From Eledone cirrhosa (lineage: Eukaryota): DNA of 64,000 nt. Within the stretch, counting starts at the first letter, position 1. Each line of letters opens with the position of its first letter. Below are positions 27,190 through 42,261 of this stretch, in pieces. A model generated the notes under the pieces. That model was not told the origin of the DNA, did no database searches, and was given only the letters and a program-made list of their open reading frames with translations. The DNA lies in NCBI GenBank assembly GCA_964016885.1, contig OZ024742.1, positions 145,328,001-145,392,000 on the forward strand, read 5' to 3'. Position numbers and translations under genes: made by a program.

Positions 27190-27362
27190 AATAATTGTTT
27201 CTACTTTGGCACAAGGCCAGCAATTACCCAGTGCATTACTGGTACTTTATTTTATCGACCCCCGTAAGGATGAAAGGCAAAGTCAACCTCGGCGGGATTT
27301 GAACTCAGATTCGTAAAGGGACGTAACTATGCTGGAAAGCATGGCGTCCGACCCTCTACCGA
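27190..27362 (-). mobile_element. tRNA-derived SINE copy (young, first family)
   Basis: Near-perfect reverse complement of 39947-40125. Confidence 0.82.
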
Positions 27363-27499
27363 AAATAATCAAAAGTAAAATAGTGGAAATTGAAGAAGAT
27401 AGTGGTGGATCTGTGTCGGCAAAGAATAAATTAAAAAATATAAAGAGCCACTCTCTTGTGGCACGCTAAAATATGTAATTGGTTTTCATACTATATAAT

Positions 27500-28015
27500 A
27501 TATAATGAAATTATTGGTGTACAGTGCTCAGTGCATTACAACTCATCAAGGTGCATGTATAGTACATAGAATAATGTACAAATGTCAGGAAAATGAACAG
27601 TGTATGAGTCATGATATAATAATAATAACAATAATGAAATATTGTGTACAGTGCCCAGGTGCACCACAACTCATCAAAAAAGTGCATGTACAGTACATAG
27701 GGCAATGCACAAACATCAGTAAAATGAACAGTGCACGGGTCATGATACACACATGTGTGCATGTGTATGGAAGGGGTACATCAGGTGTAGTTTTGGCGTA
27801 TTTCGGAAGCATGAGTGTCTTAAAGGATGCAGTGTCTTGGCAGCTAACAACTGACGCAGGCGTTTGTTCCATGCTTCAGCAACTCTGAGCGTGAAAAATG
27901 TCTACGAAAGTCAAGGGAGTTGTGCTGGTTCTGATCTTGCAGGCATGTCCACGTATGTTAGACACATGGAGATCAAAAAGGTGCTCAGGGTTGCAATTGG
28001 CGAGATGGTTAAAAA
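27500..28015 (-). mobile_element. CR1-like LINE 3' fragment with duplicated 3' end
   Basis: Minus strand (with a frameshift) HFFTLRVAEAWNK..PASVVSCQDTASFK is the CR1 ORF2 C-terminal motif. (ATT)n tail at about 27616; 27508-27610 repeats 27637-27745. Confidence 0.65.
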
Positions 28016-28027
28016 CTTTGTACTTAC

Positions 28028-28146
28028 AAATAAGACGATCTTTTGCAAAAGTTCATAGTCTGTATGTCTGTCACCCGTTGGGTCGGCGAGGTAGAGATGT
28101 TTCACAGGTGATAAGGGGCAGGCCGCCCAATCTCAGACCATTAATG
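28028..28146 (-). CDS. SPTLC1: SPTLC1-like exon with +1 frameshift (INGLRLGGLP/LSPVKHLYLADPTGDRHTDYELLQKIVLF)
   Basis: tttag|...|gtaag, 119 bp; aligns to human [39 protein letters not shown] only if one base of the GGGG run (28115-28118) is removed. Confidence 0.8.
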
Positions 28147-28452
28147 CTAAAAAGCAAACACGTTACAGATATAAATCGATACAAACACTCAGCTCTTCCA
28201 AATTGCACCATGTGTAAAACATTATGTGTGCGTGGGTATGTTTACACACTGACACACACACACACACACACACATATATACATATATATACATATATATA
28301 TACACACATATATATATAATACACACACATATATATATATAATACACACACAAACATATATATTTAATACACACACACACACATATATATATTTAATACC
28401 ACACACACACACACACACATATTTAATACACACACACACACACACATATTTA

Positions 28453-28545
<93 letters not shown>

Positions 28546-28546
<1 letters not shown>

Positions 28547-28646
28547 CGTGGGGAAAGTAAGAAATCGGAGAATAGACCGTTAAAGCCTGTTTATTTAAAT
28601 AAACATGCTTTAACGGCCTATTCTCCGATTTCTTACTTTCCCACGT
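28546..28646. repeat. Foldback palindrome (about 50-bp arms) beside (TA)n
   Basis: ACGTGGGGAAAGTAAGAAATCGGAGAATAGACCGTTAAAGCCTGTTTATTT | AAATAAACATGCTTTAACGGCCTATTCTCCGATTTCTTACTTTCCCACGT. Confidence 0.85.
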
Positions 28647-28830
28647 ACTTACGCTCCGTTAACTTCTCTAGCCCACTAAATATTAACACTTCGAATATTT
28701 AATACTGCCGGCACTAGTATCCGAGCACCTTTGGCATACGCTACTTGGCAAATAACTATATGTATCAACCTATCCTCCCCTTTTTTCTCTCTCTCTCGAT
28801 ACGTAAATACTGTATATATATATATATATA

Positions 28831-30490
28831 TATACCAGTGCAACGTGAGGACGGATACCTCCAACAAAGCCTATATAGGACTTACCGCATGTGACTTCAA
28901 GACCCGGCTATACCAACATAGACATACCTTCCGAAACCCGGCCCGGCGTCACGCCACTACACTTTCGGGCCACATATGGGACCTCAAGGACAACAACATC
29001 ACCTATGATCTCACTTGGAGATTACTGTCCAGAGCCAATTCTTACACGGGAGGACGCCGTCCGTGCAATTTATGCTCGGAGGAAACTTTACAAATGCTGT
29101 TTTCGACGGACCCAACTCCTAAACAAGAAAGATGAACTGGTTACTGCATGTAAACATAGATTGCGTAGGACTTACCTCGCCTCAAACCCCATAATGACCG
29201 GGGGGGTTAGACTAGGGCTATAACACCCCAGTTGCCGATTTTGCAATGGGTAACCCCTGCTTGCCAAGGAAGACGTAAGATCTTCTTTGTATTCTTTTAT
29301 CGCATCCTTTATTTCCTTCCCCCCTCTCTCCTTTGTCCTTCTACCCCAGCTCTTCTCCTTTGTCGCGGTCTTTTCTCGCCCACCCGAGGCTGCCCTTTGG
29401 CCCCATGTAGCCTTAGTACCCCCACTCCCCCCTACCCCTAGTCTTTGATAGATTTGGCGGACTCCGCCCTTTATAGCAGTTGGCTTAGACCCCGGATACT
29501 TGCCCCCCTTTTCCGACCGCTCCCACTATTCTCTGTGCCCTCTATATTTCTTAGTGGCACTTATGCCTTATTTTTTCGTTTCAGTATTTCTTGCTTCGCT
29601 TTTCTTCTGGGCGGGGTGGATTCTGAACTTATTTTCTCCGTATTCTACCTTTATTTCGTACGAACTTTCATGTAGCTTGTTTTAGATCTTTTAGAGTTAG
29701 CAATAGTATATATTTTTCCCGGGACTCAGAATTATTATGTCGTACAAGTTCACTTTGCTGCACTGGGTCGTGCTGACCCGGATGGAAACCTTTATTGTTT
29801 ATTTCGTGGTAGTCTCTTTAGTATTTTGGCCCCTTTTGTTGACCAGTCACCGTATCATTTACGTACTTATACCTCTTAAAAGGGTCCTTGCCTAATTCGT
29901 CCACCTAGTTCTTTTACTTATTTCCTTATTTATTTATTTATTTATTTATTTACTTCTTTCTTTCTTTCTTTATTTTATTCTCGCCTAACAATAGCCTGAC
30001 ACCTAGGTCGTAGAATTTAATTTTTTCTTTACACTTATTTGCTTTTCTTCACTCTCAGTATTTTTTCTTTCCTATTTTTACCCCCCATTGTTCTACCTAC
30101 CGTTCCGACTTCCTCCCCCTCCCCCTCCCCTGTATCTTCTTTGACCTCATGCCCAGCTGTAGCTGGCACTACCAACGCTTGATTGGGTCTACTCCACCCC
30201 CTCCCCTCTTTCTCCTACTGGCAGGTTTAGCCACCATCTCCCCTACTAATTTGCAACCACAGAATTACTACTGATTTTTGACATCACTTTGACCATATAT
30301 GGAATTACCCTTGAGAAGATCGGCTATTTAAATACCAGAATAAATGTTCATTTAGTCCAGAATTAGCCGTCGAAACGGCTTGAGCTCAGCTGTCGGGGTC
30401 TTACTGGTTCCTATTACCCACTCTACACCTCAAGTATTGAGTACTTTGGTGCGTTATGGTCCACCTGGTTCCTTACCACATTTCCTTCGT
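28831..30490 (+). mobile_element. 5'-truncated Penelope-like element: GIY-YIG endonuclease fragment, long 3' region, hammerhead-bearing terminus
   Basis: IYQCNV...KAYIGLTACDFKTRLYQHRHTF...TTLSGHIWDLK...TWRLL...CNLCSEE...(frameshift) LLNKKDELVTACKHR. Flanked by (TA)n on both sides; hammerhead fold at 30307-30399. Confidence 0.8.
30307..30399 (+). ncRNA. Putative type-I hammerhead ribozyme, U3-A8 core variant
   Basis: CCC-UUGAGAA-[GA(U)CGGCUA...UAGCCGUC]-GAAA-CGGCU...AGCU-GUC-GGG; predicted cleavage after 30394. Confidence 0.65.
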
Positions 30491-31095
30491 TATATATATA
30501 TATATATATATACTTTCAGACGTTTCAACAATCTGGCAGGAAGGTATACGTTGCTGACGATAGTTAATAAGCTTGAAACTAGTAGCGCTCATCTATAAAG
30601 CGCTCATCTATAAAGTTGATGTCTGTAGTTTTGCTAATTTTTTCTTTTCTACATCTGGAATCTTATATGCTTCTATACGCGCATGATTTTCGAGGATCTG
30701 TGCGTGTGTTCGCACATGTATATTTAAATTTACTATCCTGAAGTGTGAGCAGTACTCTATCTAATTGATGGTGTTGCTATTGTTTAGGACCAGGTGTGCC
30801 GTGATCGAGCAGGGCTTTGATCACAAACGTTCCAGCCGTAACCATCCGGTTTTTTTTTTATGTACATACGATACAATGTCCAATGCGCTTTCATTTTATT
30901 TGAGGGATATTGGGCTGCAACGATTACGAAGAGACCAACCCAACATCTATCGCTTGAGTTTCATTTTGTAAGTATTCAGCAGCTGTTTGGAATGATGGTC
31001 GATGTTTTTACTTACGTGTGAAATCCTAGATGTATAGGCAAAGGCTAAGAAGGTGTTGCAATGATCATTAAAATAATGTATGAAAACAAACTTAC

Positions 31096-31150
31096 TCAGA
31101 AAGTTTTTCTTGGACCATTTTGCATGTTTGGCGACACTCTGATATAAATT
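31096..31150 (-). CDS. SPTLC1: SPTLC1-like exon (KFISECRQTCKMVQEKLS)
   Basis: ttacag|...|gtaag, 55 bp; phases fit both neighbours; aligns to human GIFAVLKEKCGQIHKALQ. Confidence 0.78.
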
Positions 31151-32696
31151 CTGTAACAGAAAGCAGGAATTACATAACATACTGTAACACAGTAACAAGT
31201 GTGACTTAGTAGTTTTATTACTGCAGTAGGATTTGGTATTTGTTGCAATATCACGTTAACATAAGATGTTATAAGCTTTAACAAAACACTTATAAAGCAT
31301 GTGTTGCATCATATACTGTTACATATTATAATCACAGATGGTAACGTGGGTTACAACATACAACGTATCATGGACTGCAACAGAAGCTGTTTGTAACATC
31401 AGCTGTAACAGAGGTTGAGATAAAGGTTATAAATGACTCAGGAATACAGGATGCAGTTTAGGCAGAAATTATGTGCAGAGTGACCAGATGTGCCATGTAT
31501 AATAGCATGGGCTGTATAAAGTGTGTTATAAAGGGATTATAATGTATAACGCATAATGAACCTAATCCTCGGTCATCAATGACCAACGGTTTGCAACTGG
31601 AATATTCCTCTCCAAGGCACAAAACCTGGGGAATAGTATTTTGCGAAAAGACCAGCAGTCGCCCATGCATGCAAGTTTCCCCTCTCCACGCCAATGATGT
31701 TGGTCAAGGAAAAGACAAAGGCTGGTACGGCTTGACACCAGTGTCATCGCGAGCAAGGATGCCAGTCATCGCGACAGGATGCCAGTCTGGTTGCAGGGTT
31801 TTGACTCCCAAGCTGCTGCTGGTACTACTGTTTCTCCAGTTGAGCCAGCTGGAGGCAACGTCAAATAAAATGTCTTGCTCAAAAACACAACATGCCACCC
31901 GGCCCGGGAATCGGACTCATGAACAGATGATCGTAAGCCAGACGTAAACAATATTGAATGCTAATATAGGCTATAACATAGATCATTGACATGGTTTCTG
32001 ACCCGAGCTGATTAGATAAACCATAGAGGTGGACACGCTCAACGCTAGAGTGTGCTATAGCCTACTATAGGTGTGTTGTTGTTTAGTTCTAAGTCAACAC
32101 TGATCGACTAGACCGATGTATTACAGCAATGGCAATCCCGTTTATTTAAGGATATTTAGGACAGTATAATACTTTTGCTCTATTTAAGATGGTAAGTGTC
32201 ATTTGAGGGATATTTAGCTGTTATTCTAGCACGTTGAATGACCACGTTGAAGCCCCCTCGCTGGCTCACAACATTGTGTACACTTTAAATTGTAACAAAA
32301 TATAATATACGTAACACACATTGTGACAAAGTTTATAACATAAACATAATTTACAGTATGAGATGTACCAAAGTTCATTACATTTTTTGCAGTATATATA
32401 TATATATATACATAATTCAAATTCAAAAGAGATATATATATATACATAATTCAAATTCAAAAGATATATTTAGAGAGCGAGAGTATTATGTAAACATATT
32501 GTATACAAAATAGTATTTCTCAAACGATATATGACTCTTCCCCTCTCTCTCTCTCTATAAATATAGCTTTTGAATTTGAATTATTGATACTCTGAACTAA
32601 GGTCCATTTAGCTTGTTTAAAAAGAAACACGGTTAAAATATATATTAAATATGTTTTGATACCTTAACAGTGTATGTATATATATATATATATATA

Positions 32697-32885
32697 GGAA
32701 CGAGTAAGACCCCGACGGCTGAGCTCAAGCCGCTTCGACGACTAATTTTGGTCCAGAATTAGCCGTCGAAACGGCTTGAGCTCAGCCGTCGGGGTCTTAC
32801 TCGTTCATATTACCCACTCTACTACCCTAAGTATTGAGTACTTTGGTGCGTTATGGTCCACTTGGTTCCTTACCACATCTCCTTC

Positions 32886-32889
<4 letters not shown>
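32697..32889. repeat. Asymmetric foldback derived from the 30354-30490 Penelope-like terminus
   Basis: Centre at about 32752; long arm nearly identical to 30357-30490; embedded in (TA)n. Confidence 0.85.
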
Positions 32890-32956
<67 letters not shown>

Positions 32957-33283
32957 TATATAATATATATAATATATATATATATAATATATATAATATA
33001 TATATATAATATATATAATATATATATAATATATATAATATATATATAATATATATATATATAATATATATATATATATATAATATATATATATATATAA
33101 TATATATATATATAATATATATATAATATATATATATATAATATATATATAATATATATATATATAATATATATATATAATATATATATATAATATAGTA
33201 ATAATAATAAATTTGAAGACTAAAATCCAAAGAGGGCTCGATAAGGATAAATATATATCAAATATATAAGAACTGTAGAGCAA

Positions 33284-33420
33284 ATATTTATTAAAATAAC
33301 AGATTAACGTTTAAGCAAAGAATCGCTGCTTTCACCCTTAACGGGATCTTCTGAAGATCCCGCTAAGGGTGAAAGCAGCGATTCTTTGCTTAAACTTTAA
33401 TCTGTTATTTTAATAAATAT
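33284..33420. repeat. Foldback palindrome centred on a hammerhead core (CTGAAGA-TCCC..GGGT-GAAA)
   Basis: About 68-bp arms, centre 33352; same family as the non-palindromic copy at 44271-44340. Confidence 0.85.
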
Positions 33421-33681
33421 ATATATATATATAATATAAAGTTAAATAAAAGTCAAATGATTAAAAATTTAGCTTCGTTTATTACTGCTATATATATTTC
33501 AGTGATATATATATATATAATATATATATATATATAATATATATATATAATATATATATATATAATATATATAATATATATATATAATATATATATAATT
33601 ATAATATATATATATATATAATATGTCTAATGCCATGTGCGTTTTTCACTGGTAGTTAGCTCCTCTACCGCCAGGAAAAAA

Positions 33682-33817
33682 ACTCGTTGAGAAAGTAAAA
33701 CTCCGTTCCGCTTGCTCTAGTAGGCTTTTATATTTATATGTGAGCTGATAGAGTACAGTCTAAGGATTTACAGAAACCCATGAAGCTAGATTTAACACCT
33801 GTCTAGTGGGTCCGGGT
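33682..33817 (+). ncRNA. Putative type-I hammerhead ribozyme, U3-A8 core variant
   Basis: Stem I ACUCG/CGGGU; core UUGAGAA (33687); stem II base GUAAA/UUUAC; GAAA (33773); stem III ACCCA/UGGGU plus CUAGA/UCUAG; GUC site 33810-33812. A paralogous unit (33680-34056 vs 35365-35735) has UUGAGGA. Confidence 0.7.
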
Positions 33818-34187
33818 ATGATTTTACATTCATTTAAATTATTGACGTATTGTTTTATTGATATTTTTTATCTGTTTGTCCCGAATCTTCCTTTATCGAT
33901 TTTATATCGTATGGTTGATTGTAGACTTGTTCTATATGTGACGGTATTTTAACGATAGTTATAGCTCTGATTCATCTGAATTATTGAGCCCTCTGCCGCT
34001 CATGTCGAATCTCGTTTATCGTGAACTCGTGCGCCGATTTTTCGATACTCGATCTTTCTAATATATAATATATATATAAAATATATATATAATATATATA
34101 ATATATATAATATATATATACGTTATTCTGGGTTGAATCGGAGGTAACCACAGTAAGTAAGGTACTCAATACATTGCAGAGTATAAA

Positions 34188-34313
34188 AGTTTTAATATAG
34201 ATGAGATTCTACAGGACTAGAATTGTTTCATTCTTTAGAAATCATCAGATTCCTGATGATTTCTAAAGAATGAAACAGTTCTAGTCCTGTAGAATCTCAT
34301 CTATATTAAAACT
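34188..34313. repeat. Foldback palindrome centred just 5' of a hammerhead core (CTGATGA-TTTCTAAAGAAT-GAAAC)
   Basis: About 60-bp arms, core at 34253-34276, abuts (TA)n. Confidence 0.85.
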
Positions 34314-34316
34314 ATA

Positions 34317-34407
<91 letters not shown>

Positions 34408-34489
34408 ATGTGTATATATATATTATATATATATATATTATATATATATATATGTGTATATATATATATATTATATATATATATATATA

Positions 34490-34557
<68 letters not shown>

Positions 34558-34670
34558 GTGTATATATATATTATATATATATATATATATTATATATATA
34601 CATATATATTATATATATATATATATTATATTATATATATATATATATATATATTTATATTATATATATA

Positions 34671-34799
<129 letters not shown>

Positions 34800-34991
34800 A
34801 TATATTATATATATATATATATTACATGTAAAGTTATATTTAAAATTGTTGGGATACAACTAGTAAATATTTATAACTGATATAAAAGCACTCGACAAAT
34901 ATTTGGAGTATATTTACAATAACCTCTTCAAATGAAGTCGATGTTTATTACGGTATGTCGAATATATTTATCTATAAAACTGTTTATATTG

Positions 34992-35057
34992 TATTTTGTC
35001 TGATGAAGGCATAGCATATTGTTAATATGATATCCCCGAAATATATATAATGAAATA
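34992..35057 (+). ncRNA. Putative minimal type-I hammerhead ribozyme
   Basis: Stem I UAUUUUGU/AUGAAAUA; CUGAUGA (35000); stem II hairpin CAUAUU/AAUAUG; GAAAU-AUAU-AUA with palindromic loop III; predicted cleavage after 35049. Confidence 0.7.
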
Positions 35058-35742
35058 AATATGGTTTTATAAATATAGTTTGCCATTTATTTAATATTGT
35101 ATATATATATTATATATTTTATATATATATATATTATATATATAGACCTAGCTATTGACCAGTTAATTTTATTGTTCATTTTTTGTCGATTCTATTAAAT
35201 GATGAATAGCTCCTGTTTATTTTAACATGTCTATTGAGCACTCTTATTCGATATGTGTATTTCCACATTTTCCCGAATATTTTTCACGGATATAGAGGTT
35301 ATCTCCCTTGCTAAATTCCATGTGCGTATTTAGCCTGGGTTATGCCCTTTCATTCGTTTGGACAAAGCTCGTTGAGGAAGTAAACTCCCGTCCGCTGGCA
35401 CCTAGAAGTCTTATATATTTTTATGTGAGCTGATAGAGGACAGTTTAAGGATTTACAGAAACCCAAGAAGCTAGATTTGCCATCTTTCTAGCGGATCCGG
35501 GTATGCTTTTTACATTCATTTGATTTATTGATTTATTGATTTTTTATCTGAGTGTCCCGAATCTTCCAGATCGCAATTTTTCGGTTGTATGGTTGATTAT
35601 AGACTTGTTCTATGTGTGACGGTATTTTAACGATAGTTATAGCTCTGATTTATCTAAATTATTGAGCCCTCTGCCGCTCATATCGAATTTTGTTTATCGT
35701 GAACTCGTGCGCCGATTTTTCGATACTCGATTATTCTACTAT

Positions 35743-35773
<31 letters not shown>

Positions 35774-35812
35774 GATATATATTATATATATATATATATT
35801 ATATATATATAT

Positions 35813-35846
<34 letters not shown>

Positions 35847-35865
35847 ATATATTATATATATATAT

Positions 35866-35897
<32 letters not shown>

Positions 35898-35899
35898 AT

Positions 35900-35932
<33 letters not shown>

Positions 35933-35944
35933 GTGTATATATAT

Positions 35945-35975
<31 letters not shown>

Positions 35976-36011
35976 GTGTATATATATTATATATATATAT
36001 ATGTGTATATA

Positions 36012-36049
<38 letters not shown>

Positions 36050-36053
36050 CATA

Positions 36054-36102
<49 letters not shown>

Positions 36103-36128
36103 CATATATATATATGTATATATATATG

Positions 36129-36197
<69 letters not shown>

Positions 36198-36315
36198 GTA
36201 TATATGTATATATATATATGTATATATATGTAGGAGGTGAGTTTTATTGTAGTACAATAAAGCAATGCAGATATCGGATAAGAAGCACTCTACAGTTTGT
36301 AGGACTGGAGTATAC

Positions 36316-36654
36316 ATAATATAAGATCAAAAGATGGTTAAAGGAGTTCCATGTATTTTATTATGCGCATTTCAAAAACAAACATCATCATGCAATAATA
36401 TTTGTGTTTTCATCAGATAAAACAGGAGAACATGATATGAAGGCTAAAAAACACTTGTGGATAGTGCAGTTTTAAATCAACATATGTTGATATGTTGATT
36501 TAAAACTGCACTATCCACAAGTGTTTTTTAGCCTTCATATCATGTTCTCCTGTTTTATCTGATGAAAACACAAATATTATTGCATGATGATGTTTGTTTT
36601 TGAAATGCGCATAATAAAATACATGGAACTCCTTTAACCATCTTTTGATCTTAT

Positions 36655-36659
<5 letters not shown>
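36316..36659. repeat. Near-perfect foldback (about 170-bp arms) containing mirrored hammerheads
   Basis: Left arm is the reverse complement of the right arm around CATATGTTGATATG; between (TA)n tracts. Confidence 0.92.
36552..36620 (+). ncRNA. Putative minimal type-I hammerhead ribozyme (mirror copy on - at 36355-36423)
   Basis: Stem I GUUUUAU/AUAAAAU; CUGAUGA (36559); stem II AAAC.CAAAUAUUAU..AUGAUG.UGUUUGUUU; GAAAU-GCGC-AUA; predicted cleavage after 36613. Confidence 0.78.
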
Positions 36660-39185
<2,526 letters not shown>

Positions 39186-39373
39186 TAGATAAATCTACCA
39201 AAAGTTTACGGTAGTGTCCAATCCGTATGAAGAACTCAATGTAATCCGGATATCATGAAAAGAGAAGATGCATTCAAAAACTACTTTCGGTGAAAAATAA
39301 ACGGAAAACAGAGTCAAGATAAATTAATAAAATAATGAATAAACAAAGAAACAGTTCCTTATATTAAAAAAAT

Positions 39374-39515
39374 TCATCATTTTACGATCGTTTCTAGGAT
39401 ATATATGTGTTAGAGTTGGTATGCATATTCTATAGATCTATGTACAATATTTATACAAACTATCAGAGGGAATATACATACCTACACATATATATGCTGT
39501 CTTCAGAAATAATGA
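39374..39515 (-). ncRNA. Putative type-I hammerhead ribozyme with long stem II (mirror copy on + at 40126-40265)
   Basis: 9-bp stem I UCAUUAUUU/AAAUGAUGA; CUGAAGA; stem II AUAUAUAUGUGU/ACACAUAUAUAU and GGUAUGUAUAUUC/GAAUAUGCAUACC; GAAAC-GAUC-GUA. Confidence 0.78.
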
Positions 39516-39946
39516 TATTTGTTTATTGAAAAAAAACAAAGATTCAATACAATAGGTCTGTTTGGGAACAGGTTTTGAATTGACCAATAGAGAGATAGTG
39601 AGGGTCAAGATAGTAATATAGTAGTAGAAGAACCTTAACCTCTTACCAAACAGACAGAATATATTAGATCTTTGTTGGTTTTATTCAATGAACAAATAAA
39701 ATTATTTCTGAGGTCAGCTTAAGACCTATTTCTTCCCTAAAATAATCCTTCATTCATAATATTCTTTTCCATCCAAAACTGAAATCTACCTTCCTCTACC
39801 CATAATTTAAGGTTCTTCTACTACTATATTACTATCTTGACCCTCACTATCTCTCTATTGGTCAATTCAAAACCTGTTCCCAAACAGACCTATTGTATTG
39901 AATCTTTGTTTTTTTTTTCAATAAACAAATATCATTATTTCTGAAG

Positions 39947-40125
39947 TGGATTGGCAGTATCGGTAGAGGGTCGGACGCCGTGCTTTCCAGTATAGTTACG
40001 TCCCTTTACGATCTGAGTTCAAATCCCGCCGAGGTTGACTTTGCCTTTCATCCTTACGGGGTCGATAAAATAAAGTACCACTAATGCACTGGATAATTGC
40101 TGGCCTTGTGCCTAAAGTAGAAACA
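39947..40125 (+). mobile_element. Young tRNA-derived SINE with 13-bp target-site duplication
   Basis: TSD ATTATTTCTGAAG at 39934-39946 and 40126-40138; A and B boxes intact. Confidence 0.9.
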
Positions 40126-40323
40126 ATTATTTCTGAAGACAACATATATATGTGTAGGTATGTATATTCCCTCTGATAGTTTGTATAAATATTGTACATA
40201 GATCTATAGAATATGCATACCAACTCTAACACATATATATCCTAGAAACGATCGTAAAATGATGAATTTTTTTAATATAAGAAACTGTTTCTTTGTTTAT
40301 TCATTATTTTATTAATTTATATA

Positions 40324-40400
<77 letters not shown>

Positions 40401-40425
40401 GTATATATATATGTATATATATATG

Positions 40426-40485
<60 letters not shown>

Positions 40486-40486
40486 C

Positions 40487-40530
<44 letters not shown>

Positions 40531-40586
40531 GGGCGTGCATGTGTGTGCGTTTGTGTGAATATGTGTGTGTTTGTGAAACGACTTAC

Positions 40587-40683
40587 TGTTACTCTCCTCT
40601 AAAATATTGATCACTTGTATGATGGCGCCAACACACAGCGGGGGTTGTGAAGCAGAATAAGCATAACCGAGACTTCCCATTCT
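40587..40683 (-). CDS. SPTLC1: SPTLC1-like exon ([32 protein letters not shown])
   Basis: ctctag|...|gtaag, 97 bp; aligns to [31 protein letters not shown]. Confidence 0.9.
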
Positions 40684-41139
40684 CTAGAGAAAAATAATTT
40701 AGAAAATACAAAAGACGTAGCAATAAGTTTGTGCGTTTGTTAAAAATTGTACATTTTATGGCTTTTACATGATTTTAAGTATTTTCCCAGGGTTTTAGGT
40801 GAAGGGTGTATTGGTTTAATCAACACTTGATTCTTGATTGGCGCTTATTCTAACAACAACCAAAAGAGCGACATGCTCAGTTGTTTATTCATCGATGGGA
40901 TTTGAACTTAGAAGTTAAATGAATGTAGATAAATATTGATTCCCAATTTAGGCACAAGGCCAGCAAATTTGGAGGAACGGCAAAATTGATTAAATAAACA
41001 CAGTATTGTACTATTTATTAACCCTGGAAGGATGAAAGGCAAAGTTGACCTCAGTGGGATTTGAACACAGAATGTGGCATCTTATCCGACGCGCAACCAA
41101 TTTTTCCAGTCCACCACTCTCAATGTAAATATTGATTTC

Positions 41140-41337
41140 AGATTTAGGCACAAAACCAACAATTTTTTTTTGAGCGGGGAAAGTCGATTAAATCGTCTCC
41201 AGTGCATTGCTGGTACTTTATTTTATCGACTCTGTAAGGATGAAAGGCAAAGCTAACCTCGGCAGGATTTGAACTCAGATCGTAAAGGAGCGTAACTCTA
41301 TGCCATAAATATCTACCAATACTGCCAATCCACCACA
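41140..41337 (-). mobile_element. tRNA-derived SINE copy (further copies at about 40940-41115, 41710-41855, 43080-43290, 51950-52152 and 53565-53905)
   Basis: Reverse-complement match to the SINE consensus. Confidence 0.78.
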
Positions 41338-41853
41338 CTATTGTACATACATAAATATTGCAAGGCGTTTTGTTTTATTCGATTTTCTGAAGAGATACTG
41401 CTGTACTGCCATCTTGTGTTGCCTTTGAAAGCAGTGATGCACAAGGCAGGCCGTATGACCCAGAAGGGGACAACACAAATATTTAGTGGCTTGTGGCGAT
41501 ATTTGTATATTTAGAAAAATCAATTATGACGTTCTAAGCGCAAGACGCCATGAACAATGAGTCATTGAAACTGTGTGTATGGTGGTTGAACCTCGGTTTT
41601 GGGTTTTATTTAGTCGATATTGGGTGGGTCACGAATGTTATAAAAATTAGTGATCCATGACAGAGAAAATATTGCACAACATTCCTTTAAATGGTTTGAA
41701 TTTTAGAGTGCTGAGGTGACGAATTGGCAGAGTCGTTAGCGCATCACGTAGAATGTTTTGCAGTCTTCGTTTTGGCTCTCTGAATTCTGAGTTCAAAACC
41801 TGTCGAGATAAACTTTGCCTTCCATCCTTTCAAGGTCGATAAAGAAGTACCAG

Positions 41854-41921
<68 letters not shown>

Positions 41922-42165
41922 CAGTCGGCTGTGTCAGATCTGGAGAGTGGACGGGCTCCGCCAGTTTAAAAATGCCCAAGACGTATGTCAGTGCCGCACT
42001 CCTACGACTCCAACAGATTTTACGGGTCCAAGCAGACATATATTGTAGGGTGGTAGGTAGCTGAAACGATAGTGATGTTGATACGAAGACATACTCCGGT
42101 GTTCTGCCGTTCATAGGAGTTACTTTTCCTGTTTGTGTGTAGAAAATTGAAATAGTTTCATATAC

Positions 42166-42261
42166 CTGTTTATCTAAAACCCATTTCTGGCCGACAGAAA
42201 GGCCTCCAACACTGGCGAATGTGTTTTCTAGATCTGCTGTAAATACATCGATATCTCTCAT
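42166..42261 (-). CDS. SPTLC1: SPTLC1-like exon (MRDIDVFTADLENTFASVGGLSVGQKWVLDKQ)
   Basis: ttgtag|...|gtata, 96 bp; aligns to [32 protein letters not shown]. Asn at the position of the SPTLC2 PLP-lysine, as in LCB1 subunits. Confidence 0.9.

Larger units (their letters stand above)
39319..40320. repeat. Foldback with about 320-bp arms (39319-39638 / 39807-40320); right arm interrupted by a SINE
   Basis: Arms are reverse complements once 39947-40138 is removed. Confidence 0.9.

Noticed and set aside
41917-42165. Open extension of the SPTLC1 exon ORF containing EYVFVSTSL, loosely like GYCFSASL
   Set aside because: A proper donor exists at 42165 and the true next exon (40683-40587) matches far better with correct phase.
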